Of a stretch of DNA of 64,000 nucleotides, positions 52,981-64,000 are shown piece after piece. Location of the stretch: NCBI RefSeq assembly GCF_036321535.1, contig NC_087436.1, positions 79,114,001 through 79,178,000 on the forward strand, given 5' to 3'. The position numbers and the translations under genes are program-made. Under the pieces are notes generated by a model that was not told the origin of the DNA, searched no databases, and saw nothing but the letters and a program-made list of their open reading frames with translations. Position 1 is the first letter of the stretch. Each line of letters opens with the position of its first letter. This DNA comes from Camelus dromedarius (Eukaryota).

Positions 52981-55900
52981 TCCAGATTCTACTTCTGGTG
53001 CACAGGCTTATTTTTCATCGTAACGGGAAGCAACCACAACTCTCTAAACAAACTCGTTCTTTCACGAAGAAGCAAGTAAAGAAATTGCAATGCCATTTCT
53101 GTTGCTCACCGTTTTTACAATAGTTAGCTTGGTTTGGGGAAAAGGAAGCTCCCAATCGGGAATGTAAGCTCCACAAGGGCAGTTTTGTGGGTTGTGTTCG
53201 CTGACGTATCTTACAAGCCTAGCGCAAGGTCTCGCACGCAGTAGGTGCCCGCTACCGCGGTCTCAATGCGTGACGCCAGCTGGAGCTGGTGCACATCAGA
53301 CACTGGCTAGTGCCCAGCCCTGGAAACCACTTAAGCAATGGCTTTCCTTCCCAAACTGCTTTAGACCGCCAGACATCCTAGGATCCAGGTCTTTTCTATA
53401 TCCCAAACCTCAGTACACAGATGATAGAAACCATAGTTTTGGGTGATGGCTTCCCATATTTGAGGCCTGGGAAGAAGAGGCATTGCAGGAAATTCTTTAA
53501 AAAAATGTTCAGTCAGATTTTCTTTTGCGTTTCCTTTTAATAATCAAACATTAGAAAAAGACAGGAAAGGCTATATAGAATGTTAGGTGGTTATCACTAG
53601 GGAATTGGCTGATAGGTATTTTTTATTTTTATCTTTGTAATTTTGTGCATTATCTGGTTTTCTGTTTTTATGGTTAGCATTTATTCCTTTTATAATCAAC
53701 ACAAGAAATACCCATTTGGAAACAAAAAGCAAACCTAGTGACTTAAAAAAAAAAAAAAAAGAAGGAATGTAAAGGGTCATGCTGATTATTCGTATAGCTT
53801 AGAGCTGTCTGTATTTTCTTCTCCATAGCCCCTAGCCAATGCCTGGCACCACAACTGGCATGCAATAAATACCAGCTGCATGAATGAATGATGAATATCC
53901 TTTCCATGATCTCTCTCAGGAAAAACATGTTCATTTAAGTTGTTTATTTTTCAAGAAGTCTGTGCTGTGATTTTTAATATAATGACAGCAATCTGAAGAT
54001 TTCAGTATAGAAACTTGCCTGCAGTTATAGAATCATCCTTTCCTTCAGCTGAGTGTCCTCGCTCAGTGTGTACTTTAAGTACGTGTGTATTTAGATAGGC
54101 TGGAGTTAGCCCTTATAGCAGCCTGAGACCAGAGCATCTGAAGTTCAGTCAGCGATCATCTGCACATTTTGTAGTGAGCAGCTTCATGGAAAACCCGTCC
54201 ACGTGCTGACTGCCAGTTAGTTTGTAGGAAAGTCTACAGCTGAAACCTGTGTGGGGTCTGAAACAGTCTTCAGCCCTAAAGTCAAAGCTCTTGGTTTCTG
54301 TTTCTTTCACAGCTTTTGACTTCCTGTTTTGAATATGGAAAATTGTGGAGACCCAGGTGCTTCTGTGGACTTCAGTACAGAGAACTGAGCAGGGAGTGGG
54401 GGCCCCAGTGGGTTTCAGAGTGTATCTCTAGTGAAGGTTACCTACAGCAGGAAGAAGGCTGCTCCATCCAGCTCCCCCGGAAGAGCAGCCCTAGGAATCA
54501 GCATCCCACACTTCCATTTGACCAATTTAGCTTTTTCTGAAAGAGGTCTTGTGACTTCTCATGTGAGATTGTTTTATTCAAGAGGTACCTCCCTGACAGT
54601 TATAAAACAGAGGAGAAAACAAACACACTTACTCCTCTGTAGCTCTGTGGTTTAAATATCATTTCACAATTTGAGGGATCCTTTAGGTTGTAGCAAAATG
54701 TGAAATAGAAACAAAATATGCCAAACAACCGCAAATCTCTGCTTTAGCCATTAAGTACCCAGTAATTTTTTAACCTTAACCATTCAAAGTAAAAGCAACA
54801 GCAGGAACTGGGGAGGTGGTGGTGGTGGTGGAAGAGAACAAAAGGCAACTCCCTTGGAATCTCTTCAGTGCCCAGTGATATTTCTAAGAATTTCTGGGAC
54901 CTAGTCTACAAGCCTGTCTCCTCTGTTCAGTGGCCTTCAGTGCTTCCTGTGCGTAAAAGCTACTTGGAGACTTTGTTTATGATGTGGATTCCTGGGCACT
55001 ATCCTCCGAGGTTGTGACTTAGGCGAGGTGGACTGGGGTCCAGGAATCTGTACCGCGCACCCTCAAGGCTGCTGCCACTATGCCATGAGATGCCGTCGTG
55101 TAAAGTAGAGAAAAGTGGCCCTTCTGCGGAGCTACAACTTGATGAGAATTAGAAAGACGCCATCACCTTCTCCAGGCAGATGCAGCCCATGCTGAGGCCT
55201 CCAGCTCGCCTAGGAGCACAGGCTAAGCCAGCCCTGTTCACCTCAGCACCACCTGCCCGTGCAGAGCCCTGGCTTCTCAGTGGATTCCAGCACCAGTGAC
55301 CTTACAGAGCACACTTTGTAACTCACAGCCCTGGGTGTTTTCATTTCTCTTCTGTGAAGAATAACTACAGATCCAATCCCCTTTAGTAAACATTTACTGG
55401 GCAGGCATCCAATGTTTGTGAAAGTCTTGTGATGGGTTTGGTAGGGTTTAAGGAGCGTGAGTAGTTCCCGCTCCACGGCCAGCAGCTCTGCCCATCACTA
55501 AATGACCATAGAGGTGTTTTGTTTCATACATCTTTGATACCATGGGAGCAGAGAGAGTGATGAAAAATGTTGGCTGGTGCCACTCAGGAAAAAGGAAAAA
55601 TGGAGGCAAGGGGAATTTAAATGGGAAACTCGGTGGACAAGCTTTGAAGAGGGACTGTAGCTCCTTTCTTTAGAAAGCTCCTTTCGTGAAATGACCTCAA
55701 TGCCCAGAAACCTTGCAGGATTTGGCTTACATTTTAAACATCTTAAACATCTTAATTTCACCCATTAGTCTTAGTTACAACCAACCTTGTACCTGACTCC
55801 CCTGCCTTGGAACACCTTACTCTTGAGAAGGACAGACCATTATCTTATTAATATTAATTAATAGTATTAATTGGATTGACATCAATATTATTAATTTAAT

Positions 55901-56564
55901 CAATCTGGGTACTAAATATATCACTTAGATTAACTTTTCATTTTTTTGCTTTGATTAAAACATTTGCATTTCATAATTTCTCATCTCAAAAGCTGATAAA
56001 TGTGAGGTGAGAAGGTTATCTTTCTTTACACATTTACATAAAGCACCAGAATTTAATTTTAAAGCATTCTAGTCTGTTTTTCTTACTTTCATACTGAAAA
56101 TTCAAGGATTCTCATGTTTCATTAGCTAGATCAGCAAAATCCTGTCTTCTATTTCTAATGGCAAGAAAACCAACAACAAGCAAAATAGTTTCAAAACGCA
56201 AAGAAATTCGACTGGCACAAGTAAGCATGCCTATGTATGATATAGAGTGAAATTAATGATCAAGTTAGTAAACATAAGGCCTAATATGTGTTCCTGCTGA
56301 AAGCCAGAGTTGATGAAGGATTCAAAACATCTTACACTACTTTAAAAAGCGTGGCATCTCCCATATGCCTGGCACATGTTGAATTTGACTAAATTGACTA
56401 AATTTAAGCAGTTAGATAAGAAAACATTGGTCTTTCAGCTGAACCTTAAAATACAGCATGTTAGAAATTTAAAAAAAAGGAAATCAAATACTGGTAAAGA
56501 AGACTTTTTTTTTTTCAGTGCCAAGATAAGCTTTTAAAGAAGTGCTTCATTTCAAAGTACTTAC

Positions 56565-56640
56565 AGTTAAGAAGTAGGTTCTTGGCAGGCTGTGTCTTGG
56601 GCTTGAGTGAGAACCTCACTGAAAGTGAATGACACAGGCA
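56565..56640 (-). other. PLAC8: Putative PLAC8 non-coding exon 1 (5' end approximate)
   Basis: Minus strand gtgaggttctcactcaagcccaagacacagcctgccaagaacctacttcttaact|gtaagt: consensus donor, and similar to my recollection of the human PLAC8 5'UTR. Confidence 0.7.
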
Positions 56641-56900
56641 AGAGAGAAGTAAGTGTGCTCACATTCCACTATATGCTACAAAGTACAGATTTGAGGTTTT
56701 TATTGGCCAATGCAATCCAGGCAGAACAGTTTTCAAGATATGTTTTTGTTATCTTGAAAATGAAAGTATTTCCTTGCCAAAGTGGGTGTTCCTTCTTTTT
56801 TGTTGTGTTAAGTACACTCTTGTATCTTTTTAGGGGTGAAAAAAAGATGTTTCATTATATAATTTGATTGGTTTTTACATGCTGGCAGAGCTGACCAATT
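56621..56900 (-). promoter_or_regulatory. Putative PLAC8 proximal promoter with ISRE/IRF-like and CCAAT motifs
   Basis: GAAAATGAAAGT 56756-56767; ATTGGCCAAT 56702-56711; GAAAGTGAA 56621-56629; immediately 5' of putative exon 1. Confidence 0.5.
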
Positions 56901-57084
56901 TTTAAATTTTACTTTTTCCCTTTAATACAATAAACAAAGAAGATTTAGTGTGCATTTATTGCCATTTTAAAATTGAGGAGTTTGTAGGTAGTGTTTGGGA
57001 GAAAATAGACTATCTGGAATTCCGTACCTAGTCAGATGCTCTTCTTTTTTCCTTCTGTCTCTTTGGACTCCTTTGTTTGTTCTC

Positions 57085-57315
57085 CTTAGCATTGATTAAA
57101 TGCCTTCTATGTGTTAGGCACTGCAGTAAATGCTTTCCATGTATTACTGTATTGAATTCTCCCCACAATTCTGTGGGGTAGGTATGATTCTCACCCCCGC
57201 TTAACTGGCAAGGAAACTGAGTCACAGCAATGTTAAGAGGCTACAAGGTGGCAGCTAGGAATTGGCTGAAACGGGACTGTAATCTGTACACTTACTTCTG
57301 ACCTCACTGCACCAT
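57085..57315 (-). mobile_element. MIR SINE
   Basis: tatgtgttaggcactgcagtaaatgctttccatgtatt...aaggaaactgagtcacag. Confidence 0.65.
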
Positions 57316-58006
57316 ATCCAGCCTCACGTTCTCACGCACAGTCTAACGCCAGCCTGGCTCTAGTGGAAAAACCCTGCTATTCCAAATGATCTTGGAGGGA
57401 GTGAGAAGCCTGGCCACTCTCATTTCTGAAAGGCTTCAATTACGGAATCAGTAATCAAAAGGCTATGAACAAGTATTTCAGAAGGAAGAAATACAAAACT
57501 TAAAAAAAAATGGTATAAAGAAATTGGATGTGATGTAGTAAAAAGAGCCATGGTTTGTAGCTGAGCTGATAGGGGATAAAATCCCACCATGAAACTTGTT
57601 AGCTGTGTGGCCTCTGAAGGTCAAAAAAATCTAAGCTTTGGTTTCCTCACCCCTAAAGTTAGAAAAATAGGCTCATCTACCAAAATCACTAAGGAGTCAT
57701 TGGTAACAGTCCATTTCAATGTTCAATAGGTTAGCTGATACCATCGAAAGACTCTCGAGATACCAGCTATAATCTGATACAGTGATCTCCTCCCCGCCCC
57801 ATAGAGATGACGTCCAGTCTTGACAAGGTTTTGTAAAATGGATGATTGATGTTTTTGATTTTTCAAAATCAAATCAGTCTCATTGATTTTTTTGGTGGCA
57901 TGATAAATTGGTACTCTGTCTTTGAAAGGCAGTATTGCCTATAAAGAATATAGCAGAATCAAAAAATATACTTATCCTTTGACCTGGCAATTTCACTGAG
58001 TGAGTA

Positions 58007-58133
58007 TTTTCTTTAAAAAAAATTCTTTTAAGGGGGTAGGTAATTAGGTTTATTTAAAATGGAGATACTGGGGATTGAACCCAGGACCTTGTGCATGTTA
58101 AGCATGCAGTCTGCCACTGAGCTATACTCTCCC
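58007..58133 (-). mobile_element. tRNA-derived SINE (same family)
   Basis: Same body; TSD-like gagt(g/a)agta. Confidence 0.85.
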
Positions 58134-58395
58134 AAGAGTAAGTACCCTACATTTTCCATCTATAGGTTCTTTGTCTCATCCTGGTCCTAGGCTTGAATGA
58201 ATACGGGAAAAAAGAGTCAAATCATGTTAAGCTTCTGTTTAGTATTAGGCTGGCAGAGTGATGAATAAAAGAGCTTAACCATCCGGTCTATCCCTTTGAT
58301 CTTTGCTGGGGGCAACTGGGGAAGGACACACAATAACAATGAATTCTATGTGAAGTAAACTTTCCTAAACATTTAAAAGAATTTTGAAACAGTTT

Positions 58396-59760
58396 GATGT
58401 CATTGCCACCAGCTGCTTTCTGGGAGGCAGGGGTGGAAGGCCTGTGAGTTGGTCATAGTTGCAGGCAAAGAAATGAATGAAGACTATCCAGTAGAAATTC
58501 ATGAGTATTTATCAACATTTGAGAATTCCATTGATGCTGTGGGTGAGATGCTGAAGACCATGTGTGTTTCTAGCAACGAATTGTTGCAGAAGTTGGACCC
58601 ACTTGATCAAGCAAAAGTGGATTTAATTTCTGCTTACACATTAACTTCAATGTTTGGGATTTATTTGGCAACTCAGGGAATTAACCCTAAGGAACATCCA
58701 GTTCCCTCTGGGAACCAAAACCTAAAAATGCATCCAAAGTTGCTCATAAAGGAAAAAGTAAAAATTAACCTTTTGGTTTTGATGTACACATACTCAAAAA
58801 GTATATCATTTTTATTGTTTTTCCACAAATAGATGATGGTCATTATGTGGCAATGCAAGGCAATTCAATAAATGCATTCCTTATTGAATTCTTATTTAAA
58901 TTTACACTTTAAATTTGTAACACTGCATACTTTTCCCTCCCAGAAAAATTAAGTTATCTTCATTGATTTTCCTATGGAATACTATGAGGTTTTAAACATT
59001 GTGGTATATTTTATATTTTTAGTTTACTATCTCTTTTGATGACTTAAAAAATTTTTTTTTAATTTAAGTATAGTCAGTTTAAAATATTGTGTTAATTTCT
59101 GGTGTACAGTATAGTGATTCAGTTGTACATATGTATATATCCCTTTTCAGACTTTTTCATTATAGGCTATAACAAGATATTGCACACAGTTCCCTGCGCT
59201 ATATGGCAGGACCTTGCTGTTTATCTATTTTATATATAGTAGCTAGTATCTACAAATTCCAAACTTCCTATTTATCCCTTCCCAGCCCGTTTTCCCCCTG
59301 GTACCCACAGGTTTGTGTTCTATTTGACAAGACTCTTATTTCCTTATACAGGTCAATCTTTCAAGTGCCACTTTAGAAGCAACTATGAAATTTAAGTTAA
59401 ATATTCTTTGTGAACATTTATCTATTTTTGATGAATAATGACTGTATGAAGTATGCTAAAGTTATAAATACATCAGTTTTCACTATACAATATTAAGAAA
59501 GACTGAAATGACTTAATATCCACTTTTTTCCTGTGTAGTTATTTCATTATGCTTTCCTGATTTGGGGAATTATTGCTTTTTTGATATTTGAAGTGTGGAA
59601 TGAAGACTTTAAGGTTATTTTTCAATTCCTGGCACTTTGACACTATGTCCTATTTGAAGTAAAATATATTCTCATTAACTTTAGATGGGAAATGAGGTTG
59701 TTATATAGATGGCTGAATTTTGGCATAATGGCTATACCCTATCAGTAAAGCTGTAAATGT
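58396..59760 (+). pseudogene. C1D: Processed (retrotransposed) C1D copy with 5'UTR, CDS and 3'UTR
   Basis: Intronless [19 protein letters not shown]...[16 protein letters not shown]...[12 protein letters not shown]. The ancestral ATG reads GTT (58458-58460). After HPV an internal deletion jumps, out of frame, to [20 protein letters not shown] (stop 58766-58768). C1D-like 3'UTR follows. Boundaries approximate. Confidence 0.9.
59045..59325 (-). mobile_element. LINE-1 3' fragment inserted in the C1D retrocopy 3'UTR
   Basis: aagtatagtcagttt...tttctggtgtacag...tttatcccttccc; same family as 34895-35150; C1D-like UTR resumes at gactcttatt (59331). Confidence 0.75.
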
Positions 59761-60080
59761 GGAGCTGACCTGTTTATTTTTCCTCTTTTGAGTGAATTTG
59801 TCCTTGAAATTAGGAAAGTAGGTTTTAGAAATTCTTAGGAATAGAGAAATTCATGTATTTTTTTCCCTATGCACAGTGCCCACAGTTCTCTTGACCTTGC
59901 TTTTTCATATTTTTAATATTATATATTTCTGTGGCTATAGCAAGTATAAACAAGTGTTTTGAAACAATTTTCTGTTATATGATGCCACTTAAGCAGAGGA
60001 AAAATCCAAAGGAGAATTGCATCATGTTTATATTTTGATTTATTTTTCTGGAATATGTTAGAGAATTCTAAATATTAAAA

Positions 60081-63000
60081 TTTTTTTTTTATATCTAAGT
60101 CTATTAATTTTATTTTTTTATTTTTATTTTTAATTTTTTAAACTTTTTTTATTGATTTATAAGCATTTTACAATATTGTGTCAAATTCCAGTGTAGAGCA
60201 CAATTTTTCAGTTATGCATGAACATATATATTCATTGTCACATTTTTTTCTCTGTGAGCTACCATAAGATCTTGTGTATATTTCCCTGTGCTATACAGCA
60301 TAATCTTGTTTATCTATTCTACAATTTTAAAATCCCATCTATCTCTTCCCACCCCCCGCCCCCTTGACAACCACAAGTTTGTATTCTATGTCTATGAGTC
60401 TGTTTCTGTTTTGTATTTATGCTTTGTTTGTTTTTGTTTTTGTTTTTGTTTTTTAGATTCCACATATGAGTGATCTCATATGATAGTTTTCTTTCTCTTT
60501 CTGGCTTACTTCACTTAGAATGACATTCTCCAGGAGCATCCATGTTGCTGCAAATGGCGTTATGTTGTTGGTTTTTATGGCTGAGTAGTATTCCATTGTA
60601 TAAATATACCAATTTTTCTTTATCCAGTTATCTGTTGATGGACATTTAGGCTGTTTCCATGTCTTGACTATTGTAAATAGTGCTGCTATGAACACTGGGG
60701 TGCAGGTGTCATCCTGAAGTAGGGTTCCTTCTGGATACAAGCCCAGGAGTGGGATTCCTGGGTCATACCGTAAGTCTATTCCTAGTCTTTTGAGGAATCT
60801 CCACACTGTTTTCCACAGTGGCTGCACCAAACTGCACTCCCACCAGCAGTGTAGGAGGGTTCCCTTTTCTCCACAGCCTCTCCAGCATTTGTCATTTGTG
60901 GATTTTTGAATGACGGCCATTCTGACTGGTGTGAGGTGATACCTCATTGTAGTTTTGATTTGCATTTCTCTGATAATTAGTGATACTGAGCATTTTTTCA
61001 TGTGCCTTTTGATCATTTGTATGTCTTCCTTGGAGAATTGCTTGTTTAGGTCTTCTGCCCATTTTTGGATTGGGTTGTTTGGTTGTTTCTTATTAAGTCG
61101 TATGAGCTGCTTATATATTCTGGAGATCAAGCCTTTGTCGGTTTCACTTGCAAAAATTTTCTCCCATTCTGTAGGTTGTCTTTTTGTTTTACTTATGGTT
61201 TCCTTTGCTGTGCAGAAGCTTGTAAGTTTCATTAGGTCCCATTTGTTTATTCTTGCTTTTATTTCTTCTAGGAGAACATTTTTGAGATGTATGTCAGATA
61301 ATGTTTTGCCTATATTTTCCTCTAGGAGGTTTATTGTATCTTGTCTTATGTTTAAGTCTTTGATCCATTTTGAGTTTATTTTTGTGTATGGTGTAAGGGA
61401 GTGTTCTAGCTTCATTGTTTTACATGCTGCTGTCCAGTTTTCCTAACACCATTTGCTGAAGAGACTGTCTTTATTCCATTGTATATTCTTGCCTCTTTTG
61501 CTGAAGATTAGTTGACCAAAAGTTTGTGGGTTCATTTCTGGGCTCTCTATTCTGTTCCATTGGTCTATATGTCTGTTTTGGTACCAATACCATGCTGTCT
61601 TGATGACTGTAGCTCTATAGTATTGTCTGAAGTCTGGGAGAGTTATTCCTCCAGCCTCTTTCTTTCTCTTCAGTAATGCTTTGGCAAGTCTAGGTCTTTG
61701 ATGGTTCCATATAAATTTTATTATGATTTGTTCTAGTTCTGTGAAATATGTCCTGGGTAATTTGATAGGGATTGCATTAAATCTGTAGATTGCCTTGGGT
61801 AGCGTGACCATTTTAACAATATTGATTGTTCCAGTCCAAGAGCATGGGATATCTTTCCATTTTTTACAGTCTTCTTTAATTTCCTTCATCAGTGGTTTAT
61901 AGTTTTCTGTGTATAATTCTTTCACCTCCTTGGTTAGATTTATTCCTAGGTGTTTTATTACTTTGGGTGCTATTTTAAAGGGGATTGTTTCTTTACTTTC
62001 TTTTTCTGTTGATTCATCATTAGTGTAAAGAAATGCAACTGTTTTATGAATGTTAATCTTGTAACCTGCTACCTTGCTGAATTCTTCCATCAGATCTAGT
62101 AGTTTTTGTGTGGACCTTTTAGGGTTTTCTATATATAGTAACATGTCATTGGCATAGAGTGACACTTTTACCTCTTCTTTTCCAGTTTGGATCCCTTTTA
62201 TTTCTCTCCCTTGTCTGATTGCTGTGGCTAGGACTTCAAAGGCTATGTTGAATAGGAGTGGTGATAGTGGGCATCCTTGTCTTGTCCCAGATTTTAGTGG
62301 GAAGCTTTTGAGTTTTTCACTGTTGAGTACTATGCTGGCTGTAGGTTTGTCATATTTAGCTTTTATTATGTTGAGATATGTTCCCTCTATACCCACTTTG
62401 GTGAGAGTTTTTTTTTTTTATCATAAATGGGTGTTGAATTTTATCAAATCATCTATTGAGATGATCATGTGGTTTTTGTCCTTTCTCTTGTTGATGTGAT
62501 GTATTACATTGATTGATTTGTGTATGTTGAACCAGCCTTGTGTCCCTGGGGTGAACCCCACTTGGTCATGATGTATAATCTTTTCTATGTGTTGTTGGAT
62601 TCTATTTGCTAAAATTTTGGTGAGGATTTTGGCGTCTATGTTCATCAGTGATATTGGCCTATAATTCTCTTTTTTGGTAGTGTCTTTGTCTGGTTTTGGT
62701 ATCAGGGTGTTATAGAATGGTATCAGGCTTCATAGAATGAGTTTGGGAGTATTCCCTCCTTTTCAATCTTCTGGAAGAGTTTGAGAAGGTCTGGTATGAG
62801 TTCTTCTTTGTATGTTCGGTAGAATTCCCTGGTGAAGCCGTCCGGTCCTAGACTTTTACTTGTAGGGAGGTTTTTTAATTGCTATTTTGATTTCATTTCT
62901 AGTGATAGGTTTGTTCAAGTGGTCAGTTTCTTCTTGATTCAGTCTTGGTGGACAGTATGTTTCCAGAAACTTGTCCATCTCCTCTAGGTTATCCAGTTTG

Positions 63001-64000
63001 GTACCATATAGTTTTTCATAATATTCTCATATGATATTCTGTATTTCTATTATATTTATTGTAATTTCTCCATTATCCTTTCTTATTTTGCTAATTTGTG
63101 CTCTCTCTTTTTTCTTCTTTGTGAGTTTGGCCAGAGGTTTGTTGATTTTATTTACTTTTTCAAAAAACCAGCTTTTGGTTGATTCATTTTTTCTATGGTC
63201 TTTTTAACCTGTATTTTATTTATTTCCTCCCTAACCTTTATAATTTCCTTCCTTCTGCTGCCTTTTGGGTTTTTTTTGTTCTTCTTTTTCTAGTTCACTC
63301 AGCTGGTGGGTTAAATTGTTTATTTGAGATTGTTCTTCATTTTTGAGGAAGGCCTGTATTGCTATAAACTTCCCTCTTAGCACTGCCTTTGCTGTGTCCC
63401 ATAAATTTTGTATGGTTTTGATTTCATTTTCATTTGTCTCAAGGTATTTTTTAATTTCAGCTTTGATTTCCTCATTGACCCATTGGTTTTTTAATTACAT
63501 TGTTTAATCTCCATGCTTTCCTTTTTTCTCCTTTGTTTCTCTGTTGTTGATTTCTAATTTCATGGCATTGTGGTCAGTAAAGATGCTTGAGATAATTTCT
63601 ATCTTCTTAAAGTTGCTGAGGTTTCTTTTGTGCCCAAGTACATGATCAATCCTGGAAAATGTTCCATGTGCACTTGAAAAGAATTTTTATTCTATTTTTG
63701 GCGGGTGTAATGCTCTGAAAATATCCACCAAATCTAATTTCCCTGTTGTATTATTTAATTTCTCTGTTGCCTTATTTATTTTCTGTCTGGAAGATCTGTC
63801 TAGTGATGTTAATGCTGTGTTAAAATCTCCAGCTATGATTGTATTCCCATCAATATCCCCCTTTATCTCTGTTAGTAATTGTTTTATGTACTTAGGTGCT
63901 CCTATATTGGGTGCATATATATTACTGAGTGTAATATCCTCAACTTGTATCACTCCTTTAATCATTATAAAATGTCCTTCTTTATCTTTCTTTATGCCCT
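60081..64000 (-). mobile_element. Relatively young LINE-1 (ORF2: endonuclease, RT and C-terminal regions; 3'UTR; A-rich tail), disrupted; continues beyond the window
   Basis: ORF track pieces 63687-63965 (NIYAPN, GDFNT endonuclease motifs), 62421-62645, 61443-62396 ([15 protein letters not shown] at the YADD site) and 60453-61415; premature TAG at 61443-61445 plus frameshifts; T-rich tail at ~60081-60150. Confidence 0.95.

Larger units (their letters stand above)
32670..56640 (-). other. PLAC8: PLAC8 gene (placenta-associated 8 / onzin), 5 exons, 113 aa
   Basis: Spliced product MQAASPVVIVTQPTSGPVLQTSNWQTGMCDCFSDCGVCLCGTFCFTCLAIQVASDMNECCLCGTSVAMRTLYRTRYGIPGSICDDFMVTLFCPQCSLCQIKRDINRRRAMHTF*; cysteine-rich PLAC8 domain; the COPS4-PLAC8 neighbourhood is known in mammals. 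Both outer ends are approximate. Confidence 0.94.

Noticed and set aside
60955..61446. 163-aa + strand ORF (also 35938-36246)
   Set aside because: Antisense shadow of L1 ORF2; the same hydrophobic pseudo-ORF appears opposite both L1 copies.
60453..63965. Possibly active LINE-1 / reverse-transcriptase system
   Set aside because: ORF2 is broken by a premature TAG (61443-61445) and frameshifts, and the catalytic YADD reads YAND; not retrotransposition-competent.

Overview
Mammalian (eutherian) genomic DNA, probably a camelid judging by a recurring tRNA-derived SINE; the species call is an inference. Two genes converge tail-to-tail. COPS4 (COP9 signalosome subunit 4, + strand) has coding exons 2-10 at 6762-27942 and poly(A) signals near 28.3 kb; exon 1 lies upstream of the window. 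PLAC8 (- strand) is complete: putative non-coding exon 1 at ~56565-56640, coding exons 43484-43595, 41555-41679 and 36414-36518 (113 aa), and a 3'UTR exon ending near 32.7 kb. There is an intragenic CpG island at ~52.1-53.0 kb. About 1.8 kb upstream of PLAC8 exon 1, head-to-head with it, is a processed C1D retrocopy, followed by a relatively young, disrupted LINE-1 that runs off the window end. The rest is mostly transposon-derived: L1, L2, MIR, SINEs, MaLR/ERVL/ERV LTRs, and hAT and Tigger DNA transposons. I see no clearly new biological system. The best leads are (i) the C1D retrocopy, which lost its start codon but has an in-frame ATG, an open 119-codon frame and a nearby AATAAA, (ii) a stack of LTRs just upstream of PLAC8 coding exon 1, including a sense MER21-like LTR with a splice donor, (iii) an ISRE and a CCAAT palindrome at the PLAC8 promoter, (iv) a TSD-flanked 40-nt insert at the start of the PLAC8 3'UTR exon, and (v) a local inversion inside an old L1MC. 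Repeat family names and orthologue comparisons come from memory of consensus sequences, not from database searches.
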